Positions 24,312 through 38,447 are shown, counted from the whole stretch's first letter. The stretch: DNA of 63,902 nt, filler included, from Octopus bimaculoides (GCF_001194135.2; 6 parts of 6 records of this genome joined end to end with filler, not necessarily neighbours in it), one strand, 5' to 3'. Numbers and translations: made by a program. Notes: generated by a model from the letters alone, not told the origin.

Positions 24312-25122
24312 ATAAAAGGTGCATTCCAGAAGTTTACGGACTTTTCCAAGACAGACATTTATTAATTTCAAAGAAATGTAAAACTCTAATCCCCTTCAAA
24401 GTAAGAGAATGCGCTGGTAGCGCTCTAAACACTTCGTGAAAGCCTGATAGAGGTCCTCCAAAGAGAAGTTTCTAGGACCCTTTATCTTCAAAACGACTAC
24501 CCGGGCCTCCACTTTCAGCTTGGGGTGTAGCCACAATTATCAGAAGGAAGGTTTGGACTTTAGGGAGTTTGGAGGAGTGTTTTGATGCCCCTTTGTATGA
24601 AGTAGTTGGTTAACAGAATGCTTCTCACTAAGGATCCTGTGAACAAATTTTACACATATTTTGCGAATGTCCTTCATGAATAATTCTGTGTACACGAGCG
24701 CCAAACTGTATGCTTAATGTCTTTATACGCACACGTCAGTTTTCGTATTTTCTCAAATAGATTTGATGATTTGACATTCCTCTCTCTTCCACTCATCATT
24801 TCGTACTTCTTCTCCATCGCCCTTGAACCTCTTGTGCCAATGAAAAAGTTAACCCATAAGCAGTCTGGAACTTCTCATAAGTTGCTATAACGTTTTAGAC
24901 CAGTTTAACACGAAACTTTTTGTATAGAAAGTTCTCAAACGTTCAGACTTCATTCCGCAGTGCTTCGCAGGATTTATTCTATGTATTGTAACAGCTGCCT
25001 CCTTCAATATCAAAACTTTGCAGGTCAGTGTAGAAATGATATACTAAAACTTTAATAATCAAGGCCTGTTAAAACCGTCAGTCCAAAAGAGATCTCAAAA
25101 CTTCCGGCGTGCACCTTCTTTA
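24312..25122 (-). mobile_element. Decayed mariner element
   Basis: Imperfect TIRs (aggtgcattccagaagttt / aaacttccggcgtgcacct); minus frame FSLEDLYQAFTKCLERYQRI resembles the mariner transposase C-terminus. Confidence 0.55.
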
Positions 25123-25744
25123 TGTCACCACTATTCTTCAACAAACTACGCAGAAATATCATTTCATTTCACTATAAATAATTCCCGCATGCATCTGATA
25201 TTTCCTAGTCACCCTACATATATCATTTGATTGCTAAAAACTAACCAGCAGATCACAAGATACTGCTCCTGTCTGAGAGACAACACTGTTGCTGTCACTG
25301 CTAAACACACGCACTCACAAATAAACACATATCTCATGACATCAGAAAGTCATCCAACAAATTGACAAGCAACTGACTCATTACAATATTTGACACACGT
25401 GACGTACTATCCTCTTCTCTATTTCCCGATAAGAGCAATGGATACTCTTACTACATACACACATAAATCCACCCGCTATACCCGCTTCTTATCCAAACAT
25501 CACCAGTTTTATGCCTCTGCAACCACACCACCGTCTCACCAGAGAACAGGATACTTCAAGCAAATATTCCTGCGTAATAAAATGAAGGTTGAAACGGAAT
25601 TGGTATTACTGTACACCAATCAAAATGTGCGAGATATATGTGTGTGTATTGAACACACACAGACACAGACGCGCGCGCGCGCACTAACACACAGATACGT
25701 ATGCCTATGTGTGTATATATATATGTATATATTATATATAGAGA

Positions 25745-26015
25745 GGTAGGAGTGGCTGTGTGGTAAGTAGCTTGCCTACCAACCACATGGTTCTGGGTTC
25801 TGTCCCACTGCGTGGCACCTTGGCTAAGTGTCTTCTCCTTGACGACTGAAGTTGGTGTGTTTACGTCCTCGTAGCTTAGCAGTTCGGTAAAAGATACCGA
25901 TAGAATAAGTACTAGATTTACAAAGAATAAGCCCTGTGGTCGATTTGCTCGACTAAAGGCGGTGCTCCAGCATGACCGCATTCGAATGACTGAAGCAATT
26001 AAAAGAATAATAGAA
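25745..26015 (+). mobile_element. SINE family A (internally deleted)
   Basis: Head aggagtggctgtgtggtaagtagc... joined to the 3' body. Confidence 0.85.
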
Positions 26016-26187
26016 TAAAAAATGTGTGTGTGTGTGTATCTGTTTATTGCCATGATGGCACTTACTAGATCGATTCATATATGTGTATGTCTTTATGTTC
26101 GTGTCCATGAGTGTGTGCACGTGTGCGTATGCGGGTGTGAGTATGTGTGTGTATGTTTGTGTGTGCCTGTGTGCCTGTGTGTGTGTG

Positions 26188-26229
<42 letters not shown>

Positions 26230-26974
26230 TGCGCTCGCGCGTGTATTTGTATATTGATTAAATTTCTTAATTATTTGTCTCACTTGTCGATCTTCCGATA
26301 TTTTCCCGTGAAGAATTCCTTAAATCACATGCTGAAAATTATATACCCACTTCTACACACGATCNNNNNNNNNNNNNNNNNNNNNNNNNNNNNNNNNNNN
26401 NNNNNNNNNNNNNNNNNNNNNNNNNNNNNNNNNNNNNNNNNNNNNNNNNNNNNNNNNNNNNNNNNNNNNNNNNNNNNNNNNNNNNNNNNNNNNNNNNNNN
26501 NNNNNNNNNNNNNNNNNNNNNNNNNNNNNNNNNNNNNNNNNNNNNNNNNNNNNNNNNNNNNNNNNNNNNNNNNNNNNNNNNNNNNNNNNNNNNNNNNNNN
26601 NNNNNNNNNNNNNNNNNNNNNNNNNNNNNNNNNNNNNNNNNNNNNNNNNNNNNNNNNNNNNNNNNNNNNNNNNNNNNNNNNNNNNNNNNNNNNNNNNNNN
26701 NNNNNNNNNNNNNNNNNNNNNNNNNNNNNNNNNNNNNNNNNNNNNNNNNNNNNNNNNNNNNNNNNNNNNNNNNNNNNNNNNNNNNNNNNNNNNNNNNNNN
26801 NNNNNNNNNNNNNNNNNNNNNNNNNNNNNNNNNNNNNNNNNNNNNNNNNNNNNNNNNNNNNNNNNNNNNNNNNNNNNNNNNNNNNNNNNNNNNNNNNNNN
26901 NNNNNNNNNNNNNNNNNNNNNNNNNATATATATATATATATATATGTCTATAGATAGATAGATACATATATCTA

Positions 26975-27009
<35 letters not shown>

Positions 27010-27969
27010 TATTATTATCATTATTTTGCTTATTATGCATATATGTGTGTGCTTGCGTGTATATATACTTATATTATGATATACAACGTACTTCTTTATT
27101 TCTTTCATGTCAATTCAAGATACGAGGAACTGGTCTTGAAGAGACACCATTCTGTGTGTTTTGACGCTTTCTTCTTGATATCAGCTAAGTTCATTCAACC
27201 TAACAATAACCATTTACTAAGAGTAGCAGACAAGATTCTTCAGTCGCCATTGTTGCTATTGACACAGCGATAAACTCTTTGTGTAGCGTCCAGTGAGTTG
27301 CACAGTATTTTCAAATTTTATAACTGCACCCCTAACGCATTGAACTTTTTTTTTGTTTTTGAAATTGTATATGACGTCTCTGTCTTGAAATCTTTGAGTA
27401 TTTTCAGCATTTCCGTCGGAGGCGAAGAATATTTGTGTTTGTAGTGTGAACGTAAGAATCTTGTGTTAATAAGCTTCTTTCTTTCTACGTTATATGTTCA
27501 AATATTGTCCAGTTTGGTTGTTCTTGTTTCTTTTTTTAGTGAAAATATGAAATATTATACTTTCCTGTCTTGTCTGGTACAAAAAAGAAATACGTGTTTA
27601 AAAATGAGACGGGGACAGATTCACTCGAGTGAGTGCTCAGACTCGAACCAAACAAAACTTTGGCGTTTAGCCTTGGTGAACGAAAATATATTGATTTTTT
27701 ACTACGACATAAAACCTAAAACCAGAATATATTGGGAAGAGAGGTTGATGACGGCGGTGGTCCCGTCAGTTAAGTCTATCTCAAGAGTTAAATGTTATTT
27801 ATTTCACTGACAACATACGTGGGAAATGCAAAGTAGTGCTCAGACGGATATTAAACTCAGGGAAATGTAATGAAGCATTTAGACCGCTGCCATGTGGCTT
27901 TTGGTGAAGTATGGCTTTCAAGAAACACTAAGTTTATTTAAAACAACGTAAACAACATAAAAACACTAA

Positions 27970-28011
<42 letters not shown>

Positions 28012-28165
28012 TATTATATATGTGTGTGCGTATGAGCGTCTGCATCTGTTTGATTAAGTACATAAAGATGTGTGCGAATATTTGTATGGATCTGTAGCAT
28101 ATATGTGTGTGTATGTGCATGTATCTATATATGCATATCAATACATATATATATATGCACACGTG

Positions 28166-28212
<47 letters not shown>

Positions 28213-28214
28213 TT

Positions 28215-28477
28215 TAACTGGCACTCTGTCAGTGACGACGACGGGTGTTCCAGTTGGTCCGCTGAATGGAACAGCCTAGCCTGTTCGTGAAATTAACATG
28301 AAAGTGGCCCAGCGTTCCACAGACATGCATACCCTTAACATAGCTCTCAGTGAGATTCAAGTTGGCACAGAGTATGACAAGGCTGGCCCTTTGAAATACA
28401 GGTGGTACTCATTGTTGCCACCTGAGTGGACAGGAGCAACGTGAAATAAAGTGTCTTGCTCAAGGACACAACGCGCC
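28215..28477 (-). mobile_element. SINE family D
   Basis: gacgacgacgggtgttccagttg...ccacagacatgcataccc...aaataaagtgtcttgctcaagg; related copies at 54690 and 55170. Confidence 0.8.
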
Positions 28478-28559
28478 CACCCCAGTTTTCCACGCTAGGT
28501 TAGGGCATGGAATCCTCCAATCGGATGTATTACATGTCGATTAGTCGAATTAGACCATC

Positions 28560-28685
28560 ATTTACTCTACAAATGTTTTGTCGTCAATAGTGCACTTTCC
28601 CGTATCACTTGTTTCAACATAACTGTAATATATATAAGTAAACTATACCATTTTAATCCCGAGCAAGGCCGGGTATCTCTGCTAG
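28560..28685 (+). mobile_element. Helitron-like 3' terminus (5' boundary not determined)
   Basis: CCCG-agcaaggc-CGGG hairpin (28658-28673) 8 bp upstream of CTAG followed by T (28682-28686), the canonical Helitron end. Confidence 0.65.
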
Positions 28686-29644
28686 TATTTTATAAAACAT
28701 GGGATGTATTTACAATTCAGTATAGAACAGTGAATGAAATTTTAAAATTTCATCCCACATAACACGCTCGACTGTCTTGAAAGAAAGAAGACAGAATAAC
28801 GATATAGAAACAATCCATTAATTCATAAACCTCGTCTTAATAACATCAGCAAACAGTAAATCAACTATTACGTTTATCGTAAAACAGCAAACATTTCCTA
28901 GTTTACATAACACCGTTAATGTCTGAATCACTAATTGGAATAAAACATCTACCGATTCTAAAGGGATTTACTTCTAGACGTATATAAATCCACTATATTG
29001 AACTGCATAAATTTCCAAAACTGTTTATCTGAATTACTGAAAACAGAGAAAAGTGACCAGTTCCGAGAGAAATGACCAGTTCACTGTAAAAATGATGGAA
29101 TCTAAACTATTTTTTCTGATCACTTCTGTCTCACTTCTACTAAAATATATTTATCTGCATTTTGGTTTGGCAAGTAAATTAGCTTTATAATCTTTAAAAG
29201 TAATGTATGCGTTACGTAGCGCTAAATGTTCTAACGTATCGTTCACTCCTAGACTGACAGCTATTTCTTTTGCATCTAAATCAATAAAATAAGTGGCAGA
29301 CTGTATTTCATGGAGACATTAGAAATATTGCGAAAAAGTTGTCTACGGTATATGCAGTTTCGTACATATTTCTTTTATTATTACCGAAGCACTATACTCC
29401 CTTAATCATCATGTCTCTTTTGCCACAATTCCAGTCCTATTCCTATAAGAAACTTACATATGAAAATACACCTCATATGGTTCCGAGTAACGCTGTTTCA
29501 GAAGTAAAACTCGTTGAACACTCCAAGTCTGTCAACTTTTTAAAAACAAATAAATTTGTCTCCACTTAATGTGTTGCCTCTTTTCTTCAATAAAAGTCCA
29601 ACATTTTAAACTCTAAAGAAGATAGCATTTAAATTCAGATACAG

Positions 29645-29695
<51 letters not shown>

Positions 29696-29723
29696 CACAC
29701 ACACACACTAACACACACACACA

Positions 29724-29759
<36 letters not shown>

Positions 29760-29799
29760 TATAGTATATATATGTATATACAAATTTATACATAGACAA

Positions 29800-29847
<48 letters not shown>

Positions 29848-30470
29848 ATGTATCTGTGTAGTTGTCTGTATGCATAACATACACACATTTATAAATGCAT
29901 GTATACACACAGACATTTAAATACATACATATATATAAATGTGTATATATGTATATATATATTTATATATCTTTACAATATACATAGATACATATATGTT
30001 ATATGTTTATGTATACATATATGTGCGTGTTTGAGTCTCTGTGTGTGTGTGCGCGCGCGTTCGCGTTTGTGTTAATGATATAAATAGCGGTATGAATACA
30101 TGCACCTATACATTAGTGGCCTGCAGCAATCTAACATTGTTAACTAATAGCTGAGCTGTCGGACATACTTCCGCTGTTAATGATCACTTAATAAGTTGTA
30201 AAAAAAGAAATATAAGCTGTTCAAAAAGGAACACCATTCGACATGTCAGCGTACAATACACAAGTGTCCTATAATGGAGCCCTTAAGCAGACAGTATGGC
30301 TAGCTATCGCTCGGTGGCGCTGGTGTCGGTTGTGTTGCAGAAGTTTTTGTCTTCGCAATATGGCTGACTTTGTCGATAGTGCTTCTTAATTACGTTTTTT
30401 TTTTAATACTGGTTTTGTTAGTCTATAAAGCCGAATGCTGTGGTGATTGTTATAATATTTATTGGTGCTA

Positions 30471-30529
<59 letters not shown>

Positions 30530-30772
30530 ATTATCGTTGCTGTCGTTGTTATTGGAAGTAGTGTGGGTAGCGGTATGGTGGTGGTGTAATCGTGGTGGTG
30601 GTGGTTGTGGGTGTGGTGATGGTGGTGGTGGTGGTTGTGTAATAGTAGTCGTGGTGGTGATTGTCGTGTTGATGGTCGTAGTGGTGGTCATGGTGGTGGT
30701 CATGGTGATCGTGGTGGTTGTGGTGAAGACGGTAATCATTATTAGAAAAATAATGTTAAGAAATTCACACAT

Positions 30773-30804
<32 letters not shown>

Positions 30805-30919
30805 AATGACGATGATGATGTCTGTGTGTATCATAATTATGCATATATATACATATATATATAACTATCTATATATCTATATATATATATGTGTGTGTAT
30901 AGCTATATATCTATCTATC

Positions 30920-30950
<31 letters not shown>

Positions 30951-30961
30951 TTGTATGTGTG

Positions 30962-31297
30962 TGAAGGCGCATGGCTCAGTGGTTAGAGCGTCGAGTTTAC
31001 GATCGTGAGGTTGTGAGTTCGAATCCCAAACCGGGCTGTTTTGTATCCTTCAGCAAGACACTTCATTTCACGTTGCTCCAGTTAACACAGCTGTAGAAAT
31101 GAGTTGCAACGTCACTGGTGCCAAGCTGTATCGGCCCCCCTTTGCCTTTCCCTTGGATAACACTGGTGGCATGGAGAGGGGAGGCCGGTATGCATGGGCG
31201 ACTGCTGGTCTTCCACAAACAACCTTGTCCGGACTTGTGCCTCGGAGGGTAACTTTCTAGGTGCAATCCCATGGTCAGTCATGACTGAAGGGGGTTC
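30962..31297 (+). mobile_element. SINE family C
   Basis: tRNA-like head ggctcagtggttagagcgtcg...gagttcgaatccc; body matches 7072-7410. Confidence 0.85.
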
Positions 31298-31325
31298 TCT
31301 CAGCATATATATATGTATATATATG

Positions 31326-31362
<37 letters not shown>

Positions 31363-31588
31363 NNNNNNNNNNNNNNNNNNNNNNNNNNNNNNNNNNNNNN
31401 NNNNNNNNNNNNNNNNNNNNNNNNNNNNNNNNNNNNNNNNNNNNNNNNNNNNNNNNNNNNNNNNNNNNNNNNNNNNNNNNNNNNNNNNNNNNNNNNNNNN
31501 NNNNNNNNNNNNNNNNNNNNTATGATTAATTTTAAATGGTTAGTTTTCATTGTTTTTTCTTCTTGTTTTTGCCTTTGTGAGTTACAAG

Positions 31589-31749
31589 TAATGCTATCTG
31601 TTGGAGTCTCAGCTTTTTTAGCTGCTATTTCTGAACTTCGGTATATGGTGAAGCAAATGCTTGCTGATCCCTTAATTATGTTTATAAATGTATGGGAACT
31701 TTTAAATAAGTTCTCCACCGATAATGGTGCTTACATACCGAAGGGCTTG
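31589..31749 (+). CDS. Candidate internal exon (MLSVGVSAFLAAISELRYMVKQMLADPLIMFINVWELLNKFSTDNGAYIPKGL)
   Basis: Long pyrimidine tract and AG at 31587-88; donor TTG|GTAAAA; one open frame. Product not recognised. Confidence 0.3.
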
Positions 31750-33513
31750 GTAAAAATTATTTCTTGTTGATTTATTAATAAATTAATAAATTGATAAATC
31801 TTTACCCTTTTAATTTATATATATATATATATATATATATATGCATGCGTACATACATAAATGTATGTACGTACGCTTAATAATGTCTTCATACTTTTAA
31901 ACATGGGTATATAGATATACATTTAGATAGATAGATAGATAGATAGATAGATATGTACATGTGTATACACAAACGTATATAAGTAAATATAGAGACAAAT
32001 ATGTGGGCACTTTTATCAATATGTGTGTGGGGGGGTGGTGCTAATACGAGGTGAGTGAGAGATGAGAAAGCGGGGTGCTGGCAAAATCAAAATATACAGA
32101 AGAAGAAGGAACATGGCTGAACGTACGAGCTCAGTAAAAGTCGGGGAAAGAGTAAGAAGAAAAAACGAGAAGGGAGCGAGAGAGGAACGAGATAAATGAC
32201 AAGAAGAGTATAAGTGACGGGAATCGAAAGACAGAAGGAGAGAGAGAGAGAGACGAATGGGTGTGGAGAGGAATGGTAAAGGTGGAGGAAAAGAATGAAG
32301 GAAATGAGGAATGAGTGAGAGAGGCAGAGAGTGACAGAGAGAGAGAAGGAGAAACAGAAGTGGGTTGGATGGGCACAGGGAAACAAATATGTAAGCATTA
32401 TTACTAAATTGATCATCGTTCGATATTGATTAACAAGTAGCTACTTCATGGAATCTAGTTACTGGGTGCTTTTCAGCGTGTGTGTGTGTGGGTGTGTGTG
32501 TGATTTTTTATATGTTTGTCCTTTTGTGGTTTTGTAATTTCTTTTTTATTTTTGTCCTTTTGTGGTTTTGTAATTTCTTATTGCTTTTTTTTTCTGTTTG
32601 TCTTTTCTATGTTTAGCTGTTATTGTTGTTTTGATGTTGTGATTTTATTTCTTCTCTTCCCATTCAGATGGAGTCTTATTTCGACATACCAACACACTAC
32701 TAAAACACACATATCTTTCAACCCTACTCTTCTCCGTTTCCCGTTNNNNNNNNNNNNNNNNNNNNNNNNNNNNNNNNNNNNNNNNNNNNNNNNNNNNNNN
32801 NNNNNNNNNNNNNNNNNNNNNNNNNNNNNNNNNNNNNNNNNNNNNNNNNNNNNNNNNNNNNNNNNNNNNNNNNNNNNNNNNNNNNNNNNNNNNNNNNNNN
32901 NNNNNNNNNNNNNNNNNNNNNNNNNNNNNNNNNNNNNNNNNNNNNNNNNNNNNNNNNNNNNNNNNNNNNNNNNNNNNNNNNNNNNNNNNNNNNNNNNNNN
33001 NNNNNNNNNNNNNNNNNNNNNNNNNNNNNNNNNNNNNNNNNNNNNNNNNNNNNNNNNNNNNNNNNNNNNNNNNNNNNNNNNNNNNNNNNNNNNNNNNNNN
33101 NNNNNNNNNNNNNNNNNNNNNNNNNNNNNNNNNNNNNNNNNNNNNNNNNNNNNNNNNNNNNNNNNNNNNNNNNNNNNNNNNNNNNNNNNNNNNNNNNNNN
33201 NNNNNNNNNNNNNNNNNNNNNNNNNNNNNNNNNNNNNNNNNNNNNNNNNNNNNNNNNNNNNNNNNNNNNNNNNNNNNNNNNNNNNNNNNNNNNNNNNNNN
33301 NNNNNNNNNNNNNNNNNNNNNNNNNNNNNNNNNNNNNNNNNNNNNNNNNNNNNNNNNNNNNNNNNNNNNNNNNNNNNNNNNNNNNNNNNNNNNNNNNNNN
33401 NNNNNNNNNNNNNNNNNNNNNNNNNNNNNNNNNNNNNNNNNNNNNNNNNNNNNNNNNNNNNNNNNNNNNNNNNNNNNNNNNNNNNNNNNNNNNNNNNNNN
33501 NNNNNNNNNNNNN

Positions 33514-33595
33514 CTTCCCGAGCGTTAAACTAATACACCTGTTTGTTGTTTAAGGAGTGTCTTCGTCTTTTGTTTTATTGAAAATTCTAACTATA
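33514..33595 (+). mobile_element. Fragment of the PLE terminal repeat (downstream of the hammerhead-like motif)
   Basis: cttcccgagcgttaaactaatacac matches 43608-43630 and the reverse complement of 53190-53212. Confidence 0.6.
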
Positions 33596-34126
33596 TATAT
33601 ACATAACTTGTGAGTGTGCGTATGTGCATGTCTGTGAGTGTGTGTTAATGTGCGTTTCCTCGTGTTTCTTCATTTTCCTGAGACTGTCAGTCTTCTTGTT
33701 TTTATTTGTCTGCTGGATAATTCCCGATTGATAAGATTAATAGTAATATTGATTAAACATTACATTTGCCGGCCCCTTTACCCTGTCCCACCCCCCACCT
33801 TTCCCTTCTCCTCCTCCTCCTCTTCCACCTCACGTCGTTTCCCTTCTCCTGTTTTGCTTCTCCAGTTTTTCCCGTTCACATATTCTATATTTGCTTATGA
33901 GATCCTTCTCTCGTAGTCTTATATTGTTGCTGTTGGTGTTGTTTGCACATTATTGCCTTTGTTACATTATAAAACACCATAGGAATATTACAAGTCGACC
34001 TACTGACTATACACACATACATGCATACATACATACCCACATACCCACATACACATATGCATACATACATATATAAATGCACATTAACATATATTCTTAC
34101 AACATATGTACATATATATATGCGTG

Positions 34127-34158
<32 letters not shown>

Positions 34159-34737
34159 NNNNNNNNNNATTTCTTATTGCTTTTTTTTTCTGTTTGTCTT
34201 TTCTATGTTTAGCTGTTATTGTTGTTTTGATGTTGTGATTTTATTTCTTCTCTTCCCATTCAGATGGAGTCTTATTTCGACATACCAACACACTACTAAA
34301 ACACACATATCTTTCAACCCTACTCTTCTCCGTTTCCCGTTTCACGTTACGTTACCTCCTTCGCCTTCCCTCGTTCCTCACACCAAACCAATTTGCTCCA
34401 TTCTATTACCTTACTAACTGTTAATTGCTGGTACAACACTTGGGTTGATTATTAATTGGTTTGTCGTTAACATGCAGTCGGCCGCTTTTTTTTTTTTCTG
34501 CGTGTTACTTTCGTTTTTCGTTTCCATTTTATTTGTATCACTTATGCACGTTTTATTAATTAGATTGCTTCCATATTGTACTCATAAATGTGTGGGTTGG
34601 TGGACTTCTGCGCGTGGGTATGCATATTTCTGTATCTTATATATTCACATATATACACATATATATACATATATATTTGTGTATCTATTCAACTATACAT
34701 GCATATAGATAACTATCTACATGCTTATGAATATATA

Positions 34738-34820
<83 letters not shown>

Positions 34821-36106
34821 TGTATATATGTATATATATATATATACCTATATATATATAATATATATCATATATATGTGCATATATATATATATACGTA
34901 TTCTTGATTATAGATATGTGTGTGTATATGTATATATGCATACATATATGTGTATATAAATGTATATATATATATATGTGTGTGTGTGTGTATATATATA
35001 TATGTGTATATATATATGTATATGTGTATATATGTGTATATATGAGTATATATATATATATATATATATATATNNNNNNNNNNNNNNNNNNNNNNNNNNN
35101 NNNNNNNNNNNNNNNNNNNNNNNNNNNNNNNNNNNNNNNNNNNNNNNNNNNNNNNNNNNNNNNNNNNNNNNNNNNNNNNNNNNNNNNNNNNNNNNNNNNN
35201 NNNNNNNNNNNNNNNNNNNNNNNNNNNNNNNNNNNNNNNNNNNNNNNNNNNNNNNNNNNNNNNNNNNNNNNNNNNNNNNNNNNNNNNNNNNNNNNNNNNN
35301 NNNNNNNNNNNNNNNNNNNNNNNNNNNNNNNNNNNNNNNNNNNNNNNNNNNNNNNNNNNNNNNNNNNNNNNNNNNNNNNNNNNNNNNNNNNNNNNNNNNN
35401 NNNNNNNNNNNNNNNNNNNNNNNNNNNNNNNNNNNNNNNNNNNNNNNNNNNNNNNNNNNNNNNNNNNNNNNNNNNNNNNNNNNNNNNNNNNNNNNNNNNN
35501 NNNNNNNNNNNNNNNNNNNNNNNNNNNNNNNNNNNNNNNNNNNNNNNNNNNNNNNNNNNNNNNNNNNNNNNNNNNNNNNNNNNNNNNNNNNNNNNNNNNN
35601 NNNNNNNNNNNNNNNNNNNNNNNNNNNNNNNNNNNNNNNNNNNNNNNNNNNNNNNNNNNNNNNNNNNNNNNNNNNNNNNNNNNNNNNNNNNNNNNNNNNN
35701 NNNNNNNNNNNNNNNNNNNNNNNNNNNNNNNNNNNNNNNNNNNNNNNNNNNNNNNNNNNNNNNNNNNNNNNNNNNNNNNNNNNNNNNNNNNNNNNNNNNN
35801 NNNNNNNNNNNNNNNNTATATATATATATATATATATGGAATATATGTTATATTCTGTGTATATGTATGTATGTATGTATATATACATAGGTATGTATGT
35901 TGTCTTAATACGCTACTGCAATCTTAGCATCTCATTACAGAAGAAGTCATTGTTTTAAGTTGATTTATGATTCGGTGTGATCTCTACTCCATGTTGCATA
36001 TCCCAGCCATTGGCGGCATAAAATTTACAAGGAACATCTAATCTCAATCATCATACACTAGTCTTTTGTTTATTTGTTTATACATAAATATGTATGCATG
36101 TATGGA

Positions 36107-36141
<35 letters not shown>

Positions 36142-37127
36142 GTGTTGCTGTTAAGTTTGAAATTTTCTTTGTAGGAGGGGAATAGCGGAGAGACTAAATC
36201 ATCGGAGAAGCTGCTAAATTGATTCTAAGAATGGTTGATGGTTGGGTAAGGAAGGTGAAGGTAGCACAGTGTTGGCGGTGGAGAGAGTGATTCTAGTTTG
36301 GCGGATTATTGAGAAAACACTTTTAAAGAAGTAACATGAGAAGGCTCTCAGTTATAGATATACAGGTGTTTGTATGTGAATATATATTCTTGCGAACGTG
36401 ATTGTGTGGGTGTGTGTGTATGTGTGTGTCTTTGTGTGTTTGTGTGTTTGCCTGTGTATATGTGTGAGTGTATGTATGTGTGTGTGTGTGCATCCCATAT
36501 ATTTGAGGATTCTTTATATTGCCTTCCAATTAATATCAGTCGGGAAAATGTCTTAGAGATTTTTTTTCTTTTATTCCATTCTGTGTAATAAACATGCTAG
36601 TGTATGGTATACAATGCATGAAGTTCTTTTTTTTTTCTGAATAAAAGATATTTTTCACAATATTAAATATACACAACTATCTGCTACAGGTTAGAAAACT
36701 TTGGAAATTTTAGAACATTATGAAGAAGCAAAGACGAAAATGGCAGCAAAGTCTAGTTATGTCAAAATAACATTTTATAATAACTGTGTTTTGCTATTTG
36801 GAAAAGAAGAAATTTGGAAGCCATTTTAGAAAATTACTCTCTCCTAAATAGACATAGATAATGCGAAACAACGTTAACAACACTACCAAATATATGGAGA
36901 GTAAGTAGTAGATAGTGTGTGTATCTATAGCGGTGGTAGTGTGGTGATTAGGATAACTCGCCTCTCTGCGGTCTTGCTTCGAAATTAACCCAGGGAAGAA
37001 AATTATATTTGAGAAACTCCACATTGTTTTTTTTTTGTTTTTCTTTTATATTATATAAAGCTTCCAATTAACTAAGAAAAACAACTTTCATACTTTCCTT
37101 ATTTAATATTAGTTGTAATGGAGGTGG

Positions 37128-37320
37128 CTATCTGGCAGAATCGTTAGCACGCCGGACAAAAATGTTTGACCGCATTTCATTCATCATTACGTTCTGAGTT
37201 CAAACTCCGCTGAGGTCGACTTTGCTTTTCATTCTTTCGGCGTCGATAAAATAAGTTCGAGTTGATCACTCGGGTCAGTGAAATTGGCTAACCCCCTTCC
37301 CCGTAATTGCTGGTATTAGC
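37128..37320 (+). mobile_element. SINE family B
   Basis: ctggcagaatcgttagcacgccgg...ttctgagttcaaa...gaggtcgactttgc. Confidence 0.8.
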
Positions 37321-38409
37321 TGCAATTCAAAGTAGGGAGCTGACAGAATCGTTAGCACGTCCAAGGCCTGATGCTTTAACCACTGAACCATGAACTGTCA
37401 ATGTTACATTTATCATATAGAAGCAACAACCACCAGGTGAGTTTCTTACTTGACAACGAGAGTCGCCATTAAAAACACCACTAACACTACCACCACCACC
37501 ACCATCACCACCACCACCACCACCGTCTCCACCACCACCACTACTACCACCACCACCACCATCACCACCACCTCTATCACTAACATCACCAGCATCAACA
37601 CTATCAGAATCAACAACACCAGCACCAGAAACACCATCAGCGCCCTCATCATCACAGCNNNNNNNNNNNNNNNNNNNNNNNNNNNNNNNNNNNNNNNNNN
37701 NNNNNNNNNNNNNNNNNNNNNNNNNNNNNNNTCGCCATTAAAAACACCACTAACACTACCACCACCACCACCATCACCACCACCACCACCACCACCACCA
37801 CTACTAATCACCACCACCACCATGTCCGCCACCAGTGCTATCACCATTACCAGCATCGCAAACAATATCAGCGCCACCATCACCGAAATCACCATCGATA
37901 GCATCACCCGCCACCACCATCACGACCATCAGCAACACTACCATCACCGCCACCATCACCACTATCACCACCACCACAACCACCATCATTTCCCACAATT
38001 TCTCGATATCTCCACCACCACCTCCACCGCCATCGCCACACATCTTTGCATATCACAAAGATTAAAAGACATTCTATTCTACTTTATTCTTTCCTATTCT
38101 TCTATTCTTATACTTCCAAATAAAAAAAAATCTACAAAACAGCAAATAAATAATTTCTGGTCTTTGTCACGAAATGAAGGCGATCAATTAGTCAACGTGA
38201 AATCAAAGTGATCAATTAGTGATCGATAAATCAAAATTATCAAATTTTCTGTCAAAATCAAATTTTATGGTCTTACAATGTGTTGTACTTTCATCAGTGG
38301 AAACAATTTTCAAAGGAAGAAACGAAGACAAATATCTGCGAACCCTGTGAAAACCTTGTGTGTGCGTGTGTGTGTGTGTGTGTGTATTATACATATATAT
38401 ATCATACAG

Positions 38410-38447
<38 letters not shown>

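Noticed and set aside
30962-31040. tRNA gene (also heads at 7072, 25745, 52762)
   Set aside because: tRNA-like A/B boxes continue into SINE bodies; no complete cloverleaf with acceptor stem.
32573-34345. Identical ~175-bp blocks at 32573-32745 and 34169-34340
   Set aside because: Both abut gaps and are identical; most likely redundant contig ends.
37462-37780. Direct repeat tcgccattaaaaacaccactaacactacc on both sides of a gap
   Set aside because: Flanks an N-run in an (ACC)n tract; assembly overlap likely.
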